Virus record (IMG/VR): IMGVR_UViG_3300044844_001069
Coordinates: 1 to 48,561 of that record
Source of the DNA: a virus
Lineage: Duplodnaviria; Caudoviricetes
Length of the DNA: 48,561 nt
Reading direction: 5' to 3' (one strand)
The notes below the pieces were generated by a model. That model was not told the origin of the DNA and did not search any database. It saw only the letters and a program-made list of their open reading frames with translations. Both the position numbers and the translations under genes were made by a program. Positions 25,601 through 34,540 of this stretch are shown one piece after another (the stretch's first letter is position 1; each line of letters starts with the position of its first letter).

Positions 25601-27953
25601 AGCGGGAAAAAATGCGGCTGTATCCCCAACTGCTGAAAATATGATGGCATATGATGCTTTAGCAAAACTTGTATTGGTTGTTGATAAAACAGCTGCATCA
25701 GGTGCAGATGTAAACTTCCTTAATGCCTTGGTCGCAAGTATTGGTGGTACAACAGGATTACAAGCTGAAGTTGCTTTAATAATTAACGATGCACAATTTA
25801 GTCTTGCTGAAAAAGATAAAATTCTTGCTAATGTTCTAGCCGCATTTAATGAACAAACTTTGAATTTAACTAATTTTAGTTTTGACGTTCTTGATGCGGT
25901 GCTTACTGCAAAACAACTAGTGACCGATACTTGGGGAAAACCTGAATTGGATGTATCTGTTGATGAAGTTATTCGTAAAATTGGTGAAATTAATAAATTA
26001 TCACTAGAATTAAACGGTTTAATAACAACTAAGAACGGGGTTGTAGTTCTTAATGAAGACGCAATCGCTAAAATTGCAGAGATTGATGCTAAAACCAAAG
26101 AATTAAATGCTCTTATTGAGAAGAAAAATTTAATAAGCGTATTGTCGGAAGATGCAATTACTGTAATTGGAAATTTAACCGAGTTATCAAAAACACTAAA
26201 TACGTCAATAACGACTGAAAACGGTGTTACCGTTCTTAGTGATGACGCTAAAAGTAAATTAGATATTTTAATCGAACTAACATCAACATTCATGAACGCA
26301 ATAAGCAAAGTGCCCGCATTGGATGTGTCAATTAATGAAGTTGTTAGAAAAATTGGTGAAATTGATAAATTATCTAAAGAACTAAACGCATTAATCACGA
26401 CAGAAAATGGCGTAACCGTTATTAATGCTGATGCTATAGAGAAAATTCTTGAAATCGATAGAAAGACTAAAGAGTTGAATGCATTAATTGAAAAAGAAAA
26501 TTTAGTAAAAGTATTACCCGAAGAAGCCATTGCCACAATAGCTCGTATTACCGATTTATCAGAAGCGTTAAATCTTTTGATAACTAAAGATAATAGTGTG
26601 ACTGTTATTGATGATGAAGCAAAACGCAAATTGACTGAATTGACTGAATTAACATCTACATTTATGGTTGAAATATCCAAAGTGCCCGCATTGGATGTGT
26701 CAATTAATGAAGTTGTTAGAAAAATTGGTGAAATTGATAAATTATCTAAAGAACTAAACGCATTAATCACGACAGAAAATGGCGTAACCGTTATTAATGC
26801 TGATGCTATAAAGAAAATTCTTGAAATCGATAGAAAGACTAAAGAGTTGAATGCATTAATTGAAAAAGAAAATTTAGTAAAAGTATTACCCGAAGAAGCC
26901 ATTGCCACAATAGCTCGTATTACCACTTTATCAGAAGCGTTAAATCTTTTGATAACTAAAGATAATAGTGTGACTGTTATTGATGATGAAGCAAAACGCA
27001 AAATAAAAGACTTAACGGAATTGACATCTACATTTATGGCTGAAATATCTAAAGTGCCTGTGATGGACATTGATACTAGTAAAGTAATTTCTAAAACTGA
27101 TGCAATAACTACAGCAGCCCAGAGTGCTATGGATGCTGTAAAAGCTGCTGAAGCCGCACAAGCCGCAGCAGCAGAAAAGGCAGCTGCAAAAGCCGCAGCA
27201 GATAAAGCGGCAGCAGATAAAGCGGCAGCAGATGCGGCTTTTGCGGCAAGTGAGACAGCAAGACGCGAAACTGCTGCAATGAATGATCCTAATTATCAAG
27301 GATACTATGACAAGTATGTTATTTCGGAGGCGGCACAAGCGGCAGCAAAAGCAGCGGCTGAAGCAGCAGTTTCAGTGGGAAAAAACAGCACTGATGCGCA
27401 GCTTGACGCAATAAAAGAAACAACAAGTATAACCGTAGCCGCAAATGCCGCAAATGCCGCAATAGCCGCAGCCGCACAAGCCGCAGCCGCACAAGCCGCA
27501 CAAGCCGCAGCCGCACAAGCCGCAGCAGATAAAGCGGCAGCAGATAAAGCGGCAATAGATGCTGTTTTAGCAGCAAATGAGATAGCAAGACGCGAAACTG
27601 CTGCAATGAATGATTATAATTATCAAGGAAACTATGACGAGTATGTCAATTTGCCAAAATTTGCAAGGGGTGGTATTACTAATGAGCCATCAATCTTTGG
27701 TGAAGCAGGTATTGAAGCGGCAGTACCATTGCCTGATGGTCGCTCAATACCTGTTAAAATTATGAACCATTCCAATGATGCAAGCATTAACAGCGAAGAA
27801 ACAATTGCTGAATTAAAAGCTCAAAACAATAAACTTGAAACACTGGTTAATACGCTGATGGCTACATCAAAAGCAGAACGTGATAAAACACAGGAGTTGA
27901 TTGATGCAATGAACGGCTTGCGTGTTGATACTCGATTAAAAAATAAGGCTTAA
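19662..27953 (+). CDS. Tape measure protein with internal SLT lytic transglycosylase domain and C-terminal repeats
   Basis: GDELRSVAEQAP tape-measure domain; ATESRF..GAVS..GA...FQF...AIARYH.G; FA.GG...GEAG.EA..PL C-terminus. Confidence 0.95.
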   Translation: MATQQKTTIVIEGDSTKATEALDRVNKAVDKVKDNVKELGKEFDKLEPAVNSIRNAANGLNQSATQVRQATAEFRNLDGATRSATASLGNMGRSATSSSSSLGTAGRSATQMSSGMHSAVSATDILTRQLNHLNLAVAGSSSSLGAFRNLMGTLGISIGAGQLAQYMDAWVNLASRLKLATNNTTELKIAQEAVVNISKESRMSLVDLADLYYKVGSSAKDMGINQTQVIKHVQAVANAILISGSSAESAKAALVQYSQAFASNRFGGDELRSVAEQAPRLFKALREGFVDVNGEVGVSVAQMKQLAAEGFFTAEKMNQAMINSAEKLAQEAKAMPITIGQAFTILNNELVRFIGSEGQTSGAFTAIVNGILGIANNVDKLIQGMVIGTGAWLSYKAAIVATTVAEYANLAVTGYHNASKTAKALALAKATAAELANTEAQLASAVAAERVAITQAQRLTASGLMTNAVLANTAATQANAIAQAEYAAATAVSTGATSRLTLAFDALTLGMMRNPFVALLVVLGSFATYLYTIRDSLTEVDGKMVSVGAIWQATWEDIGNKIFKAKNYLADLIPDAVVSGWESGINVLNKLLDKTGSYFGGSTNEPSDITKRAMAIDAKDKADAEAKARKDAEDAAAVSAGKSFAFVDLAAKIAGDTKSLPTVTNYNKQLEEVRKMRINLDKAYIETQKQLNDEMVKAQQQGDEKLKQQREKSIAYNAKALAESKTALDDQEAELVKKITTIKNEASGNTAKRSDFEKAFRENLTKDIDAMINEQASLRGVEAAAVKALIATESRFKQGAVSETGAKTMFQFFDPAAKSVGTTVAEMLKSEALTIEKGTQYFAMMLKQSNGNVEQAIARYHDGTTKIQNKINAAGGKFEMSMVSPAAVAQINDFKIALDVAGSSVTQVGKVMRENYKEQEAAIKQQENSIKAIAKRGSPEEERLVKEQQQVNEYAKTVNADATLIADAYARIADAQQKLKDKKLDPFRDYTATAKELYASLQSGDISQSRFNLGIAEAKGTLANRTSETDVPVAKQQDVIAFSKIVKDEEKATTAMKKFNDEMDKSTAAFNSFGNSGKMAFDGILGGISAVAAAASSFGSDLTKLNAMQTDSQKEYEKAMAQVGATEADKANATAKYNKDKMAYEQAMIATEISGARSIAGATSKMFGEKSAARKAFHGIEMGLAVIEMAMSLKKTVVNISEGASKMFAQSGWLGFAGVAAMLAVMAGLGIAAGSSGKTTDLTAPESKTTGSVLGDNEKASTSIKSITDTLNSIHASEYVELKDMNSNFKNLVQMTTTGTSQAMRERGTFIFSNNGMKNTNTGASEKQFAMGLGTTAISAGLAAAGMGTGLVTTALAGVIGAVSGVSTTLTGALVGLSASIMGGGLMAAAAMGGIGLLIGGVIYGLSKLLGIGKVKFEAVGGGIVSNAQEYILNGMQQQVTVYDYSKIKKTVTGWFSNDVTYFDVINQIDNPLTKLFSGIFNNVKLSLIQSALIFGEGDLFNMSIVLPKMKLALKSGEKYNAENQKKIEDYLNKASDDIATQAFGRYLSQFQQMGEGMLETVQRLAQQAVVAKVGFERLGANITLSGLGLISFSDSLAKAFGGLKELQSGLNELYDSFTSETQKLKDARDAVDKLMVSLKIPTGTGTPTAITTNADVSKVVKYLGDNENSLSEVLGELKKMINPKPSDTGIQSKINSLSKALPTDDSAFLNLFSPSELTTDILKKALEGTKWSILGEIAGTKAISSAYKPLLEFASKNANYLASLNAYNNSKSNTILFENLKKFGEVLPDSIDGVEALVIKFDDLQTSTSNNVKALSDNTKSIKLVTAANEKAAEVGKYTLDFSKRISAWINNLNATQLGSPLTQLNASKANFQEQMTLAQFGATAEDKRAALSGITGYADTYINAIRNYYASSEQGQIAITEVMNSVKGLDKVKPIEELQLDALTGIKDAIEAGNLAIPSALSAANAEIFKALLNVTSTAGKNAAVSPTAENMMAYDALAKLVLVVDKTAASGADVNFLNALVASIGGTTGLQAEVALIINDAQFSLAEKDKILANVLAAFNEQTLNLTNFSFDVLDAVLTAKQLVTDTWGKPELDVSVDEVIRKIGEINKLSLELNGLITTKNGVVVLNEDAIAKIAEIDAKTKELNALIEKKNLISVLSEDAITVIGNLTELSKTLNTSITTENGVTVLSDDAKSKLDILIELTSTFMNAISKVPALDVSINEVVRKIGEIDKLSKELNALITTENGVTVINADAIEKILEIDRKTKELNALIEKENLVKVLPEEAIATIARITDLSEALNLLITKDNSVTVIDDEAKRKLTELTELTSTFMVEISKVPALDVSINEVVRKIGEIDKLSKELNALITTENGVTVINADAIKKILEIDRKTKELNALIEKENLVKVLPEEAIATIARITTLSEALNLLITKDNSVTVIDDEAKRKIKDLTELTSTFMAEISKVPVMDIDTSKVISKTDAITTAAQSAMDAVKAAEAAQAAAAEKAAAKAAADKAAADKAAADAAFAASETARRETAAMNDPNYQGYYDKYVISEAAQAAAKAAAEAAVSVGKNSTDAQLDAIKETTSITVAANAANAAIAAAAQAAAAQAAQAAAAQAAADKAAADKAAIDAVLAANEIARRETAAMNDYNYQGNYDEYVNLPKFARGGITNEPSIFGEAGIEAAVPLPDGRSIPVKIMNHSNDASINSEETIAELKAQNNKLETLVNTLMATSKAERDKTQELIDAMNGLRVDTRLKNKA
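25935..27050 (+). repeat. Three tandem 372-bp (124-aa) units in the tape measure gene, each made of four 31-aa sub-repeats
   Basis: Units at about 26307 and 26679 nearly identical; unit at about 25935 diverged. Confidence 0.95.
27150..27646 (+). repeat. Ala-rich microrepeats and a duplicated block of about 125 bp (27192, 27519)
   Basis: GCCGCACAA/GCCGCA and GCAGCAGATAAAGCG repeats; ARRETAAMND.NYQG.YD.YV occurs twice. Confidence 0.92.
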
Positions 27954-27956
27954 ACT

Positions 27957-29657
27957 ATGTCAATTTGGATTGCAACAATCGGTGCGTTAGACGGCTCTAA
28001 CGCATCAAAAACTTTATACTTTAGTGACGTATCCTATATCGATAATGACGGTAATTATTTTGAGAATAGGATGCTTCAACCTGCATTAATTAAAGTCAGT
28101 CCAGATGATGGTGGCACATTTAATATTTTTTCAAGCGCATCTATCGGTGAAATTGAGTTAATAAATAAAGACGGTGGCTTAAACTATTTAATGGATTACG
28201 CGCTGGATAATGGAGATATTAATTTATCATTAATAACTGATGATGGTGCTAAGAATGATTACCTGACAGGTAAAGTTGAATCCATTCGTTTTAGCGGTGA
28301 CTTTGTTTATTTAACTGTGCGTTCAATTTCTGAAGTTTTATCACGCAATCACACTAACACGAAATTTCTTGGTAATAATGTTTTGCCTAATGGCGTGGAA
28401 GGCGTTGCAGGTGATATTAAAGGTAACGTAAAACCGCGCATATTTGGCAGTGTGCTTAATGCCTCACCAGTGCTGGTTAATACATCACAATTAATTTATC
28501 AGTTCTCAGATAGAAGCACAGCGAAAGTTAATGCTGTTTACGATAAGGGTGCGGCTTTAACTTTACATCAAGCTTACACATGGGCAAACTTTGCATCGTT
28601 TATGGCACATACAAGTATTGCAACTGGTAAATATATTACTTGTGCTGGCTATGTAAAATTAGGCGCAACACCTGTTGGAACAGTCACTGGTGATTGTTCT
28701 GACGGTATTTCAATTGCTACGTCTACCACGTCATTTGCAATTGGAGTAGGTTCAAAAACGTTTACTACACAAGCAGGAAAAGATTTTGTTTCTGGTAATA
28801 CGTTAATTGTTTACTCAGCCGCAGACCAATCTAATTTTATGGTAGGTATAGTTACCTCTTACACTACAACGTCACTAGTTATAAATATTACGTCTGTTGG
28901 TGGAACAGGGACGTTTGCTAGTTGGATTATATCAAGTTGTTTAGCGGGGGATGTTTTTGAAGCAATACTTGCTGAAAAAACTTTAACACTAAATAGCACA
29001 TCAAAAAAACTTTTAAATACTTACGGTGATGTTGGGATATTTATTACAGGTGAAATAAGCACAACTGATTTACTCAATAATATTTGTAAATCATGCGGGA
29101 CTTATTGGTATTTTCTACAAAATGTTGTTTACGTCAATGCAATCGTTTTGGCAACAACCTATGTTCTTGATTTAACCAATAGTGAATTAATATCTATTGA
29201 TATTGTTAATACGGGTTTAGGAGAAAATGGATTGCCTGTCGAATCGGTTTCAATTGATTACGATAAAATTGAAACGGTTCAACAAGAAACAGATTTAGCT
29301 GGAGCTGTGACCACTGTGCGTAAAGCAGTTTTGGCAAATCAATTTCGAAAGTATTTTACCACTGATGCGGCTGTAAAAACGCGACATCCTTTAGCCAATC
29401 AGATAAAAATAGAAAGCTGTCTTCGTACTTTAAGCTCGGCAACAACAGTTGGAAATGCGCTTTTGGCTTTATCAAAAAATCGTGTTGATACCGTTAATAT
29501 TACTGCTGTTGTAAACGATATTCCGAGCATTACTTTAGGTGACGGTGTCATTGTATTTTCCGATAAGTTAAGCTATGATTACGGAAAAATATTAACTATC
29601 ATTGGGTTTCAAATTGATGCTAAAAGAAAACAAATTGTTTTGGAGTGTATCGGATGA
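27957..29657 (+). CDS. Tail tip/baseplate hub-like structural protein
   Basis: Follows the tape measure gene; G..KP..FG.V.N..P, VYDKG motifs. Confidence 0.75.
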   Translation: MSIWIATIGALDGSNASKTLYFSDVSYIDNDGNYFENRMLQPALIKVSPDDGGTFNIFSSASIGEIELINKDGGLNYLMDYALDNGDINLSLITDDGAKNDYLTGKVESIRFSGDFVYLTVRSISEVLSRNHTNTKFLGNNVLPNGVEGVAGDIKGNVKPRIFGSVLNASPVLVNTSQLIYQFSDRSTAKVNAVYDKGAALTLHQAYTWANFASFMAHTSIATGKYITCAGYVKLGATPVGTVTGDCSDGISIATSTTSFAIGVGSKTFTTQAGKDFVSGNTLIVYSAADQSNFMVGIVTSYTTTSLVINITSVGGTGTFASWIISSCLAGDVFEAILAEKTLTLNSTSKKLLNTYGDVGIFITGEISTTDLLNNICKSCGTYWYFLQNVVYVNAIVLATTYVLDLTNSELISIDIVNTGLGENGLPVESVSIDYDKIETVQQETDLAGAVTTVRKAVLANQFRKYFTTDAAVKTRHPLANQIKIESCLRTLSSATTVGNALLALSKNRVDTVNITAVVNDIPSITLGDGVIVFSDKLSYDYGKILTIIGFQIDAKRKQIVLECIG

Positions 29658-30814
29658 CAAGTAATGTTTCTTTGAGCTACCCAAATAGAATTTCCGAGTC
29701 AAATATAACTGAAACGACAGCGACTACTTGGAATTCAACACTTCCTTTAAGCAATGTTCAAAATCCTGTTATTAAGCGTGTTGCCAGAACAAACATTGGC
29801 TATCGTACTTCAACGCTTAAATTAAATTTACCATATGAGCCAAGAAGCATTGGCGTAATGTCGCTTATTAATCATAATTTAACCACTAATGCAAAAGTCA
29901 GGTTTATTGGCTATAGCGGGTTAGATTTTACTGGTGATATTCGATTTGATAGTGGTGCTGAATTTCGTGCTTGGACAATCCTTTATCCCATTTATTCAAA
30001 TTATGCGGCAAGCGATAAAATACCTTGGGAATCAAGAAATTGGTGGCTTGGGTCAATTGAAGAAGAACAGCGCAAAAGCTACACTTCGATGGCTACTTAT
30101 TATCCTGATGAAAATGCAATGGTAAGGTCAATAAAAATAATAATTAATGATACGCCAACGATTTCTGCAACAAGTACAACAAGCGTTACAGTTGGTACAG
30201 GAAGCAAATCATTTACGGTAAATACAGGTCTTAATTTTATTGCGGGACAAGAAATTACTATTTATAAAACTTCCGACAATACAACCTTCGTTTCTGGTAA
30301 AATTACAAGTTATAATTCATCAACTGGTGCATTAGTTTTAAATTCCACGTCTTACGGTGGCACAGGCGCACATAGTACATGGTCTGTTATCAATGGTGAA
30401 AATTACATTGAGATTGGACGCATATTTTTAGGACGTACTATTGAGCCAAAACTAAATCCTGAATATGGTGATTTGTCACAAGGCTATATTGATTTAACTG
30501 AAATTCAACGCTCAATTGATAACACCAAATATTATTATATTAAGCCTAAAATGCGCACATTGTCTTGCGTCCTAAAACACTTGGATAAAGATGAAGCGTT
30601 CAGCGGATTTTACGATGCACAGCGTGAAGTTGGATTAAGCGGTGAATTACTCTATGCATATTCTAAACCAGAATATATCGGTAGCATTAATATAACTGTT
30701 GATAAGAATTTTTATGCACGAACATTTTTGTGCAATTTTTCAGAATTAAGTCCGATTGACAATCCGTATTTTAATGGATTTCAAACGGCATTAAAATTAG
30801 AGGAAATAGTTTAA
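29654..30814 (+). CDS. Tail tip structural protein
   Basis: ATGA overlap; L.NHNL...A..R, YIEIGRIFLG, P..NP.YG motifs. Confidence 0.75.
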   Translation: MTSNVSLSYPNRISESNITETTATTWNSTLPLSNVQNPVIKRVARTNIGYRTSTLKLNLPYEPRSIGVMSLINHNLTTNAKVRFIGYSGLDFTGDIRFDSGAEFRAWTILYPIYSNYAASDKIPWESRNWWLGSIEEEQRKSYTSMATYYPDENAMVRSIKIIINDTPTISATSTTSVTVGTGSKSFTVNTGLNFIAGQEITIYKTSDNTTFVSGKITSYNSSTGALVLNSTSYGGTGAHSTWSVINGENYIEIGRIFLGRTIEPKLNPEYGDLSQGYIDLTEIQRSIDNTKYYYIKPKMRTLSCVLKHLDKDEAFSGFYDAQREVGLSGELLYAYSKPEYIGSINITVDKNFYARTFLCNFSELSPIDNPYFNGFQTALKLEEIV

Positions 30815-31713
30815 TGAGTTCAGTCACTTTTAGTACAACAGTAGGCGGTGACGGTTCAACTGTTACCGATGATGATAATGCCACAACAGGTCTTGGTAAC
30901 GGTGGTGCGTTAATACGTCTTGTGCCAATGATGCAGCAGGTTGTTAATGTTGCCGCTTATGCCGTTAGTATTAGCGGTGGTGCTGGCAATGATGCTATTG
31001 CAGCAGCAGCAAGCGCAGACGCAGCCGCAGCAAGCGCATCAGCCGCAGCGGCATCTTATGATTCATTTGATGATAGATATTTGGGTGCAAAATCGTCTGA
31101 CCCGTCAATCGATAACGATGGAAATGCTTTGCTTACCGGTGCGCTCTATTGGAACACAACAAGTAGCGAAATGCGTGTTTATAGTGGTAGTGCATGGATA
31201 ACTTCTTACTTGCCTGCATCGGCATATTTAGCGTTAGCGGGCGGCACGATGACGGGTGCAATTACGTTTGCGTCTGCGCAGTTTGGAACAAATGTTGCTA
31301 CGTTTTTAACTACACCATCCAGTGCTAACTTAAAAGCAGCATTAACTGACGAAACAGGTAGTGGTTCGGCAGTGTTTGCTACCTCACCTACGCTTGTCAC
31401 GCCTACGATTACGGGGTACACTGAATCTGTTGTTACTTTAGCTACTTCTGGCTCTATAGCACTTTCAATTACTTCAGGTACAGTACAATCATGCGCGGCT
31501 GCGGGTACAATCACCTTTACTGACAGCTTATCGTCTGGTCAAAGCATCTCCTTACTGCTTACTAACGGTAGCACCTACACAATCAACTGGCCAACAACCA
31601 CATGGGTGACAGCGGCTGGAAATACTGCGCCTACGCTCAGTGCAAGTAATACTCTTGTCTTTTGGAAAATCAGCTCAACACTTTACGGTGCGCTGGTTGG
31701 GAAGTCAGCATAA
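30814..31713 (+). CDS. Tail fibre, proximal subunit
   Basis: YDSFDDRYLGAK, GALYWNT, LALAGGTMTG, TDETGSG..VFATSPTLVTP modules. Confidence 0.75.
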   Translation: MSSVTFSTTVGGDGSTVTDDDNATTGLGNGGALIRLVPMMQQVVNVAAYAVSISGGAGNDAIAAAASADAAAASASAAAASYDSFDDRYLGAKSSDPSIDNDGNALLTGALYWNTTSSEMRVYSGSAWITSYLPASAYLALAGGTMTGAITFASAQFGTNVATFLTTPSSANLKAALTDETGSGSAVFATSPTLVTPTITGYTESVVTLATSGSIALSITSGTVQSCAAAGTITFTDSLSSGQSISLLLTNGSTYTINWPTTTWVTAAGNTAPTLSASNTLVFWKISSTLYGALVGKSA

Positions 31714-33632
31714 TGCTATCTACTAAATTAAAAGAAGCAGCAGGTAACAGCGCAGACGCAACGCTCTATGTTGATGATGTATTCTCAACCTATCTCTATA
31801 CTGGTAACAGCTCAACGCAAACCATCACCAACGGTATTGACTTGGCTGGAAAAGGTGGGTTGGTTTGGCTAAAAGGTAGAAGTCTTGCCGTACCAAATAA
31901 TCTTTGGGATTCAGCTAGAGGAATTACTAATGGCCCATTAGAATCTGACAATACTAATCAAGCATACTCAAATACTCCCCGCACAATTACATCATTTAAT
32001 AGTGATGGATTTTCGATGCAAGATGATTCTGAAACATTTGGTGAAAATGTTAGCACTAGAACCCAAGTCTCATGGACATTCCGCGAAGCCGCGAAGTTTT
32101 TTGATGTGGTGACTTATACGGGGACAGGCAGTGCAAGAACGATTGCACATAGTTTAGGTGTTGCTCCGGGAATGGTGATTGTTAAGCGTACTGATACAAC
32201 AAGTAATTGGCAGGTTTATCACAGAGGTTTAACGTCAGCCGCGTATTCAATACAACTAAATTTAACAGCCGCGCAAGCCTCAGCACCTACTGTATGGAAC
32301 TCAACAGCACCAACAAGCTCAGTGTTTTCTGTAGGAGCAGATGCTACTGTTAATGCTTCTGGCGGAACTTACGTCGCCTACCTATACGCCCACGACACGT
32401 CATCAACTGGGATTATTCAGTGTGGGAGTTATACGGGTAATGGGTCGGGAAACTCAGTAACACTTGGGTTTGAACCGCAGTATATTATAGCTAAAGCGGT
32501 AACAACCACAGGTAACTGGGAAATTATTGATACCATGAGACGCTTTAATATAAATAATCCAAATGAGATATTACGGGCTAATTTGGCAAACGAGCTTTCT
32601 TATGGGTTTTATTTTGTCCCTAATAGTACCGGTTTTAAATCATACAGTGTAATGAACACTGCTGGCGTAACCTACATCTACATGGCAATTCGTATGCCAA
32701 ACAAGCCGCCTACATCGGGGACGCAGGTTTATGCGCCAGTTGCGTTTACCGGAAATGGTTCAACTACTACAGGACAGTTTATTACTTCAGGATTCCCTGT
32801 TGATTTGGCTATTCAAATGTTTAGAAATCAAAATTATGGTGATTTTTTAGTAGACAGGTTGCGCGGCCTTACCGCCCCTGCGGTAACTGGAAATCCTGAT
32901 TTATCAACAAATTCCACTTCAGCAGAAAACGTTGCTGGAAATTTATTTAGTGGCGATAGCAACACGGGCATAAAAAACTATGGCCATAGTGGGTCTGTAA
33001 CATTAGTTAACTGGTTATTCAAACGCGCCCCAGGATTCTTTGATGAGGTTTGTTGGACTGCGATAAGTAACGCATGGACATCCGCTCACAATTTAGGAGT
33101 TTCTCCAGAACTGATAATATCAAAAAATAGAACTGGAACCGCTACTTATTGGTATGTGTATTTGTCGAGTTTTTTAGATACTAAGAAATATTTATTACTC
33201 AATACAACTGACGCGGTAGCTATAAACGGAACTAATATTTGGGGTTTATCTTCGACATCTGTATCTGGATACTCTGATACAGCTAATGGTACAGGAGTAA
33301 GCTACCTATTCGCCACACTAGCTGGAATCAGTAAAGTGGGTTCCTACACAGGTAACGGAACAGGGCAAGCGATTGCGTGTGGATTTGGTTCTGGTGGTGC
33401 AAGGTTTGTTTTGATTAAACGTACAGACTCTACAGGTAATTGGTACACATTTGACTCGGCTCGTGGGTTAACAAGCGGTTCAAGTCCATACTTACTGCTT
33501 AACTCCACAGCGGTAGAGGTGACAGGTAATAACGGTGTCTATGCGTCAACAGGTGGCTTTACACTTGGTGCAACGGCAATAACAACGACCAATATAGCAA
33601 CAGCAACGTACATATTCTTAGCAATAGCGTAG
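31713..33632 (+). CDS. Tail fibre / receptor-binding protein with internal beta-rich repeats
   Basis: Start moved to TAATG overlap; repeated YTG.G....I..G...P....K.R units. Confidence 0.75.
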   Translation: MLSTKLKEAAGNSADATLYVDDVFSTYLYTGNSSTQTITNGIDLAGKGGLVWLKGRSLAVPNNLWDSARGITNGPLESDNTNQAYSNTPRTITSFNSDGFSMQDDSETFGENVSTRTQVSWTFREAAKFFDVVTYTGTGSARTIAHSLGVAPGMVIVKRTDTTSNWQVYHRGLTSAAYSIQLNLTAAQASAPTVWNSTAPTSSVFSVGADATVNASGGTYVAYLYAHDTSSTGIIQCGSYTGNGSGNSVTLGFEPQYIIAKAVTTTGNWEIIDTMRRFNINNPNEILRANLANELSYGFYFVPNSTGFKSYSVMNTAGVTYIYMAIRMPNKPPTSGTQVYAPVAFTGNGSTTTGQFITSGFPVDLAIQMFRNQNYGDFLVDRLRGLTAPAVTGNPDLSTNSTSAENVAGNLFSGDSNTGIKNYGHSGSVTLVNWLFKRAPGFFDEVCWTAISNAWTSAHNLGVSPELIISKNRTGTATYWYVYLSSFLDTKKYLLLNTTDAVAINGTNIWGLSSTSVSGYSDTANGTGVSYLFATLAGISKVGSYTGNGTGQAIACGFGSGGARFVLIKRTDSTGNWYTFDSARGLTSGSSPYLLLNSTAVEVTGNNGVYASTGGFTLGATAITTTNIATATYIFLAIA

Positions 33633-33640
33633 GAAACAAA

Positions 33641-34063
33641 ATGACTAATTACATCAATTTACAAACACATCAAGTTAGCACGGAACATGAAATTCGTGCA
33701 GCGCATCCTAATACGTCTTTCCCTGTGCCTTTTACAGTAGAAGGCTACTCGTGCGTGTTTGATGCAGGGCAACCAGATTACGATAAGTACACACAAACTA
33801 TTGCACAGGGCGTGCCTGTAGAAGCTCTGCCAAATCACTGGGAGCAAACGTGGGTAATCTTAGACCTAAATGACGAGCAACTTGCTGAGGCACAGATTCA
33901 AAAGAGTGAAGATGAGAAAGCAAAAATCAAAGCAGAGATTGCAAAACTAGAAGATTCAGTCACACCTCGCAGACAGCGGGAAGCTATTTTAGCTATCGAT
34001 ACAACATGGCTTGCAGATATTGAAATTCAAATCGGGCAGTTAAAACAACAATTAGCGGAGTAA
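33641..34063 (+). CDS. Putative tail fibre assembly protein
   Basis: HPNTSFP, W.QTW, I..LE...TPRR.REA; follows the fibre gene. Confidence 0.6.
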   Translation: MTNYINLQTHQVSTEHEIRAAHPNTSFPVPFTVEGYSCVFDAGQPDYDKYTQTIAQGVPVEALPNHWEQTWVILDLNDEQLAEAQIQKSEDEKAKIKAEIAKLEDSVTPRRQREAILAIDTTWLADIEIQIGQLKQQLAE

Positions 34064-34067
34064 GATA

Positions 34068-34280
34068 ATGCCTGATGATGCTTGCAGATTAGCTAAAGTG
34101 GAGCAACGGATTGAAACGCTTGAAGATGATTTCAAGCGTCAAAACGATAAACTTGACGATATAATTCATGCGCTTGAAGAAATGAAGAATGAGCAAACAC
34201 GCTATAAAGGTTTTATTGGTGGAATTGTTTTCACCGTTGGTGCTTTATTCTCGTTTTTAACTTGGTGGACAAGTAAGTAA
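34068..34280 (+). CDS. Coiled-coil protein with C-terminal TM helix (XhlA/holin-like)
   Basis: RLAKVEQRIETLE coiled coil; one TM segment. Confidence 0.6.
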   Translation: MPDDACRLAKVEQRIETLEDDFKRQNDKLDDIIHALEEMKNEQTRYKGFIGGIVFTVGALFSFLTWWTSK

Positions 34281-34540
34281 TGGAATTCCTACAGTTTGCA
34301 ACGGATGTTGGTTTCCCCATTGGGTCATCTTGCCTTGGAATGTATTTTGTTTTTCTTACTGTAAAATTCCTGCTGGATGGTGTTCTTGAACGCATAAATG
34401 GGTTAATTAATATTATCCAGCAACTTGATAAACGTGTTACAGCGATGTCTAATGATATACTGCATATTGACGATTTAATGTCAGAAGCATTAAATATACC
34501 TAAAGAAAAATTTAAACTTCCCACCGAGAGAAAAGACTAA
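34280..34540 (+). CDS. Small membrane protein, holin-like
   Basis: DVGFPI + TM + coiled coil. Confidence 0.6.
   Translation: MEFLQFATDVGFPIGSSCLGMYFVFLTVKFLLDGVLERINGLINIIQQLDKRVTAMSNDILHIDDLMSEALNIPKEKFKLPTERKD

Noticed and set aside
25412-27070. 552-aa antisense ORF
   Set aside because: Shadow frame of the repetitive tape measure gene; the repeats propagate the absence of stops.
27192-27646. Diversity-generating retroelement TR/VR pair
   Set aside because: Differences are not adenine-specific, both copies are in one frame, and no reverse transcriptase is present.
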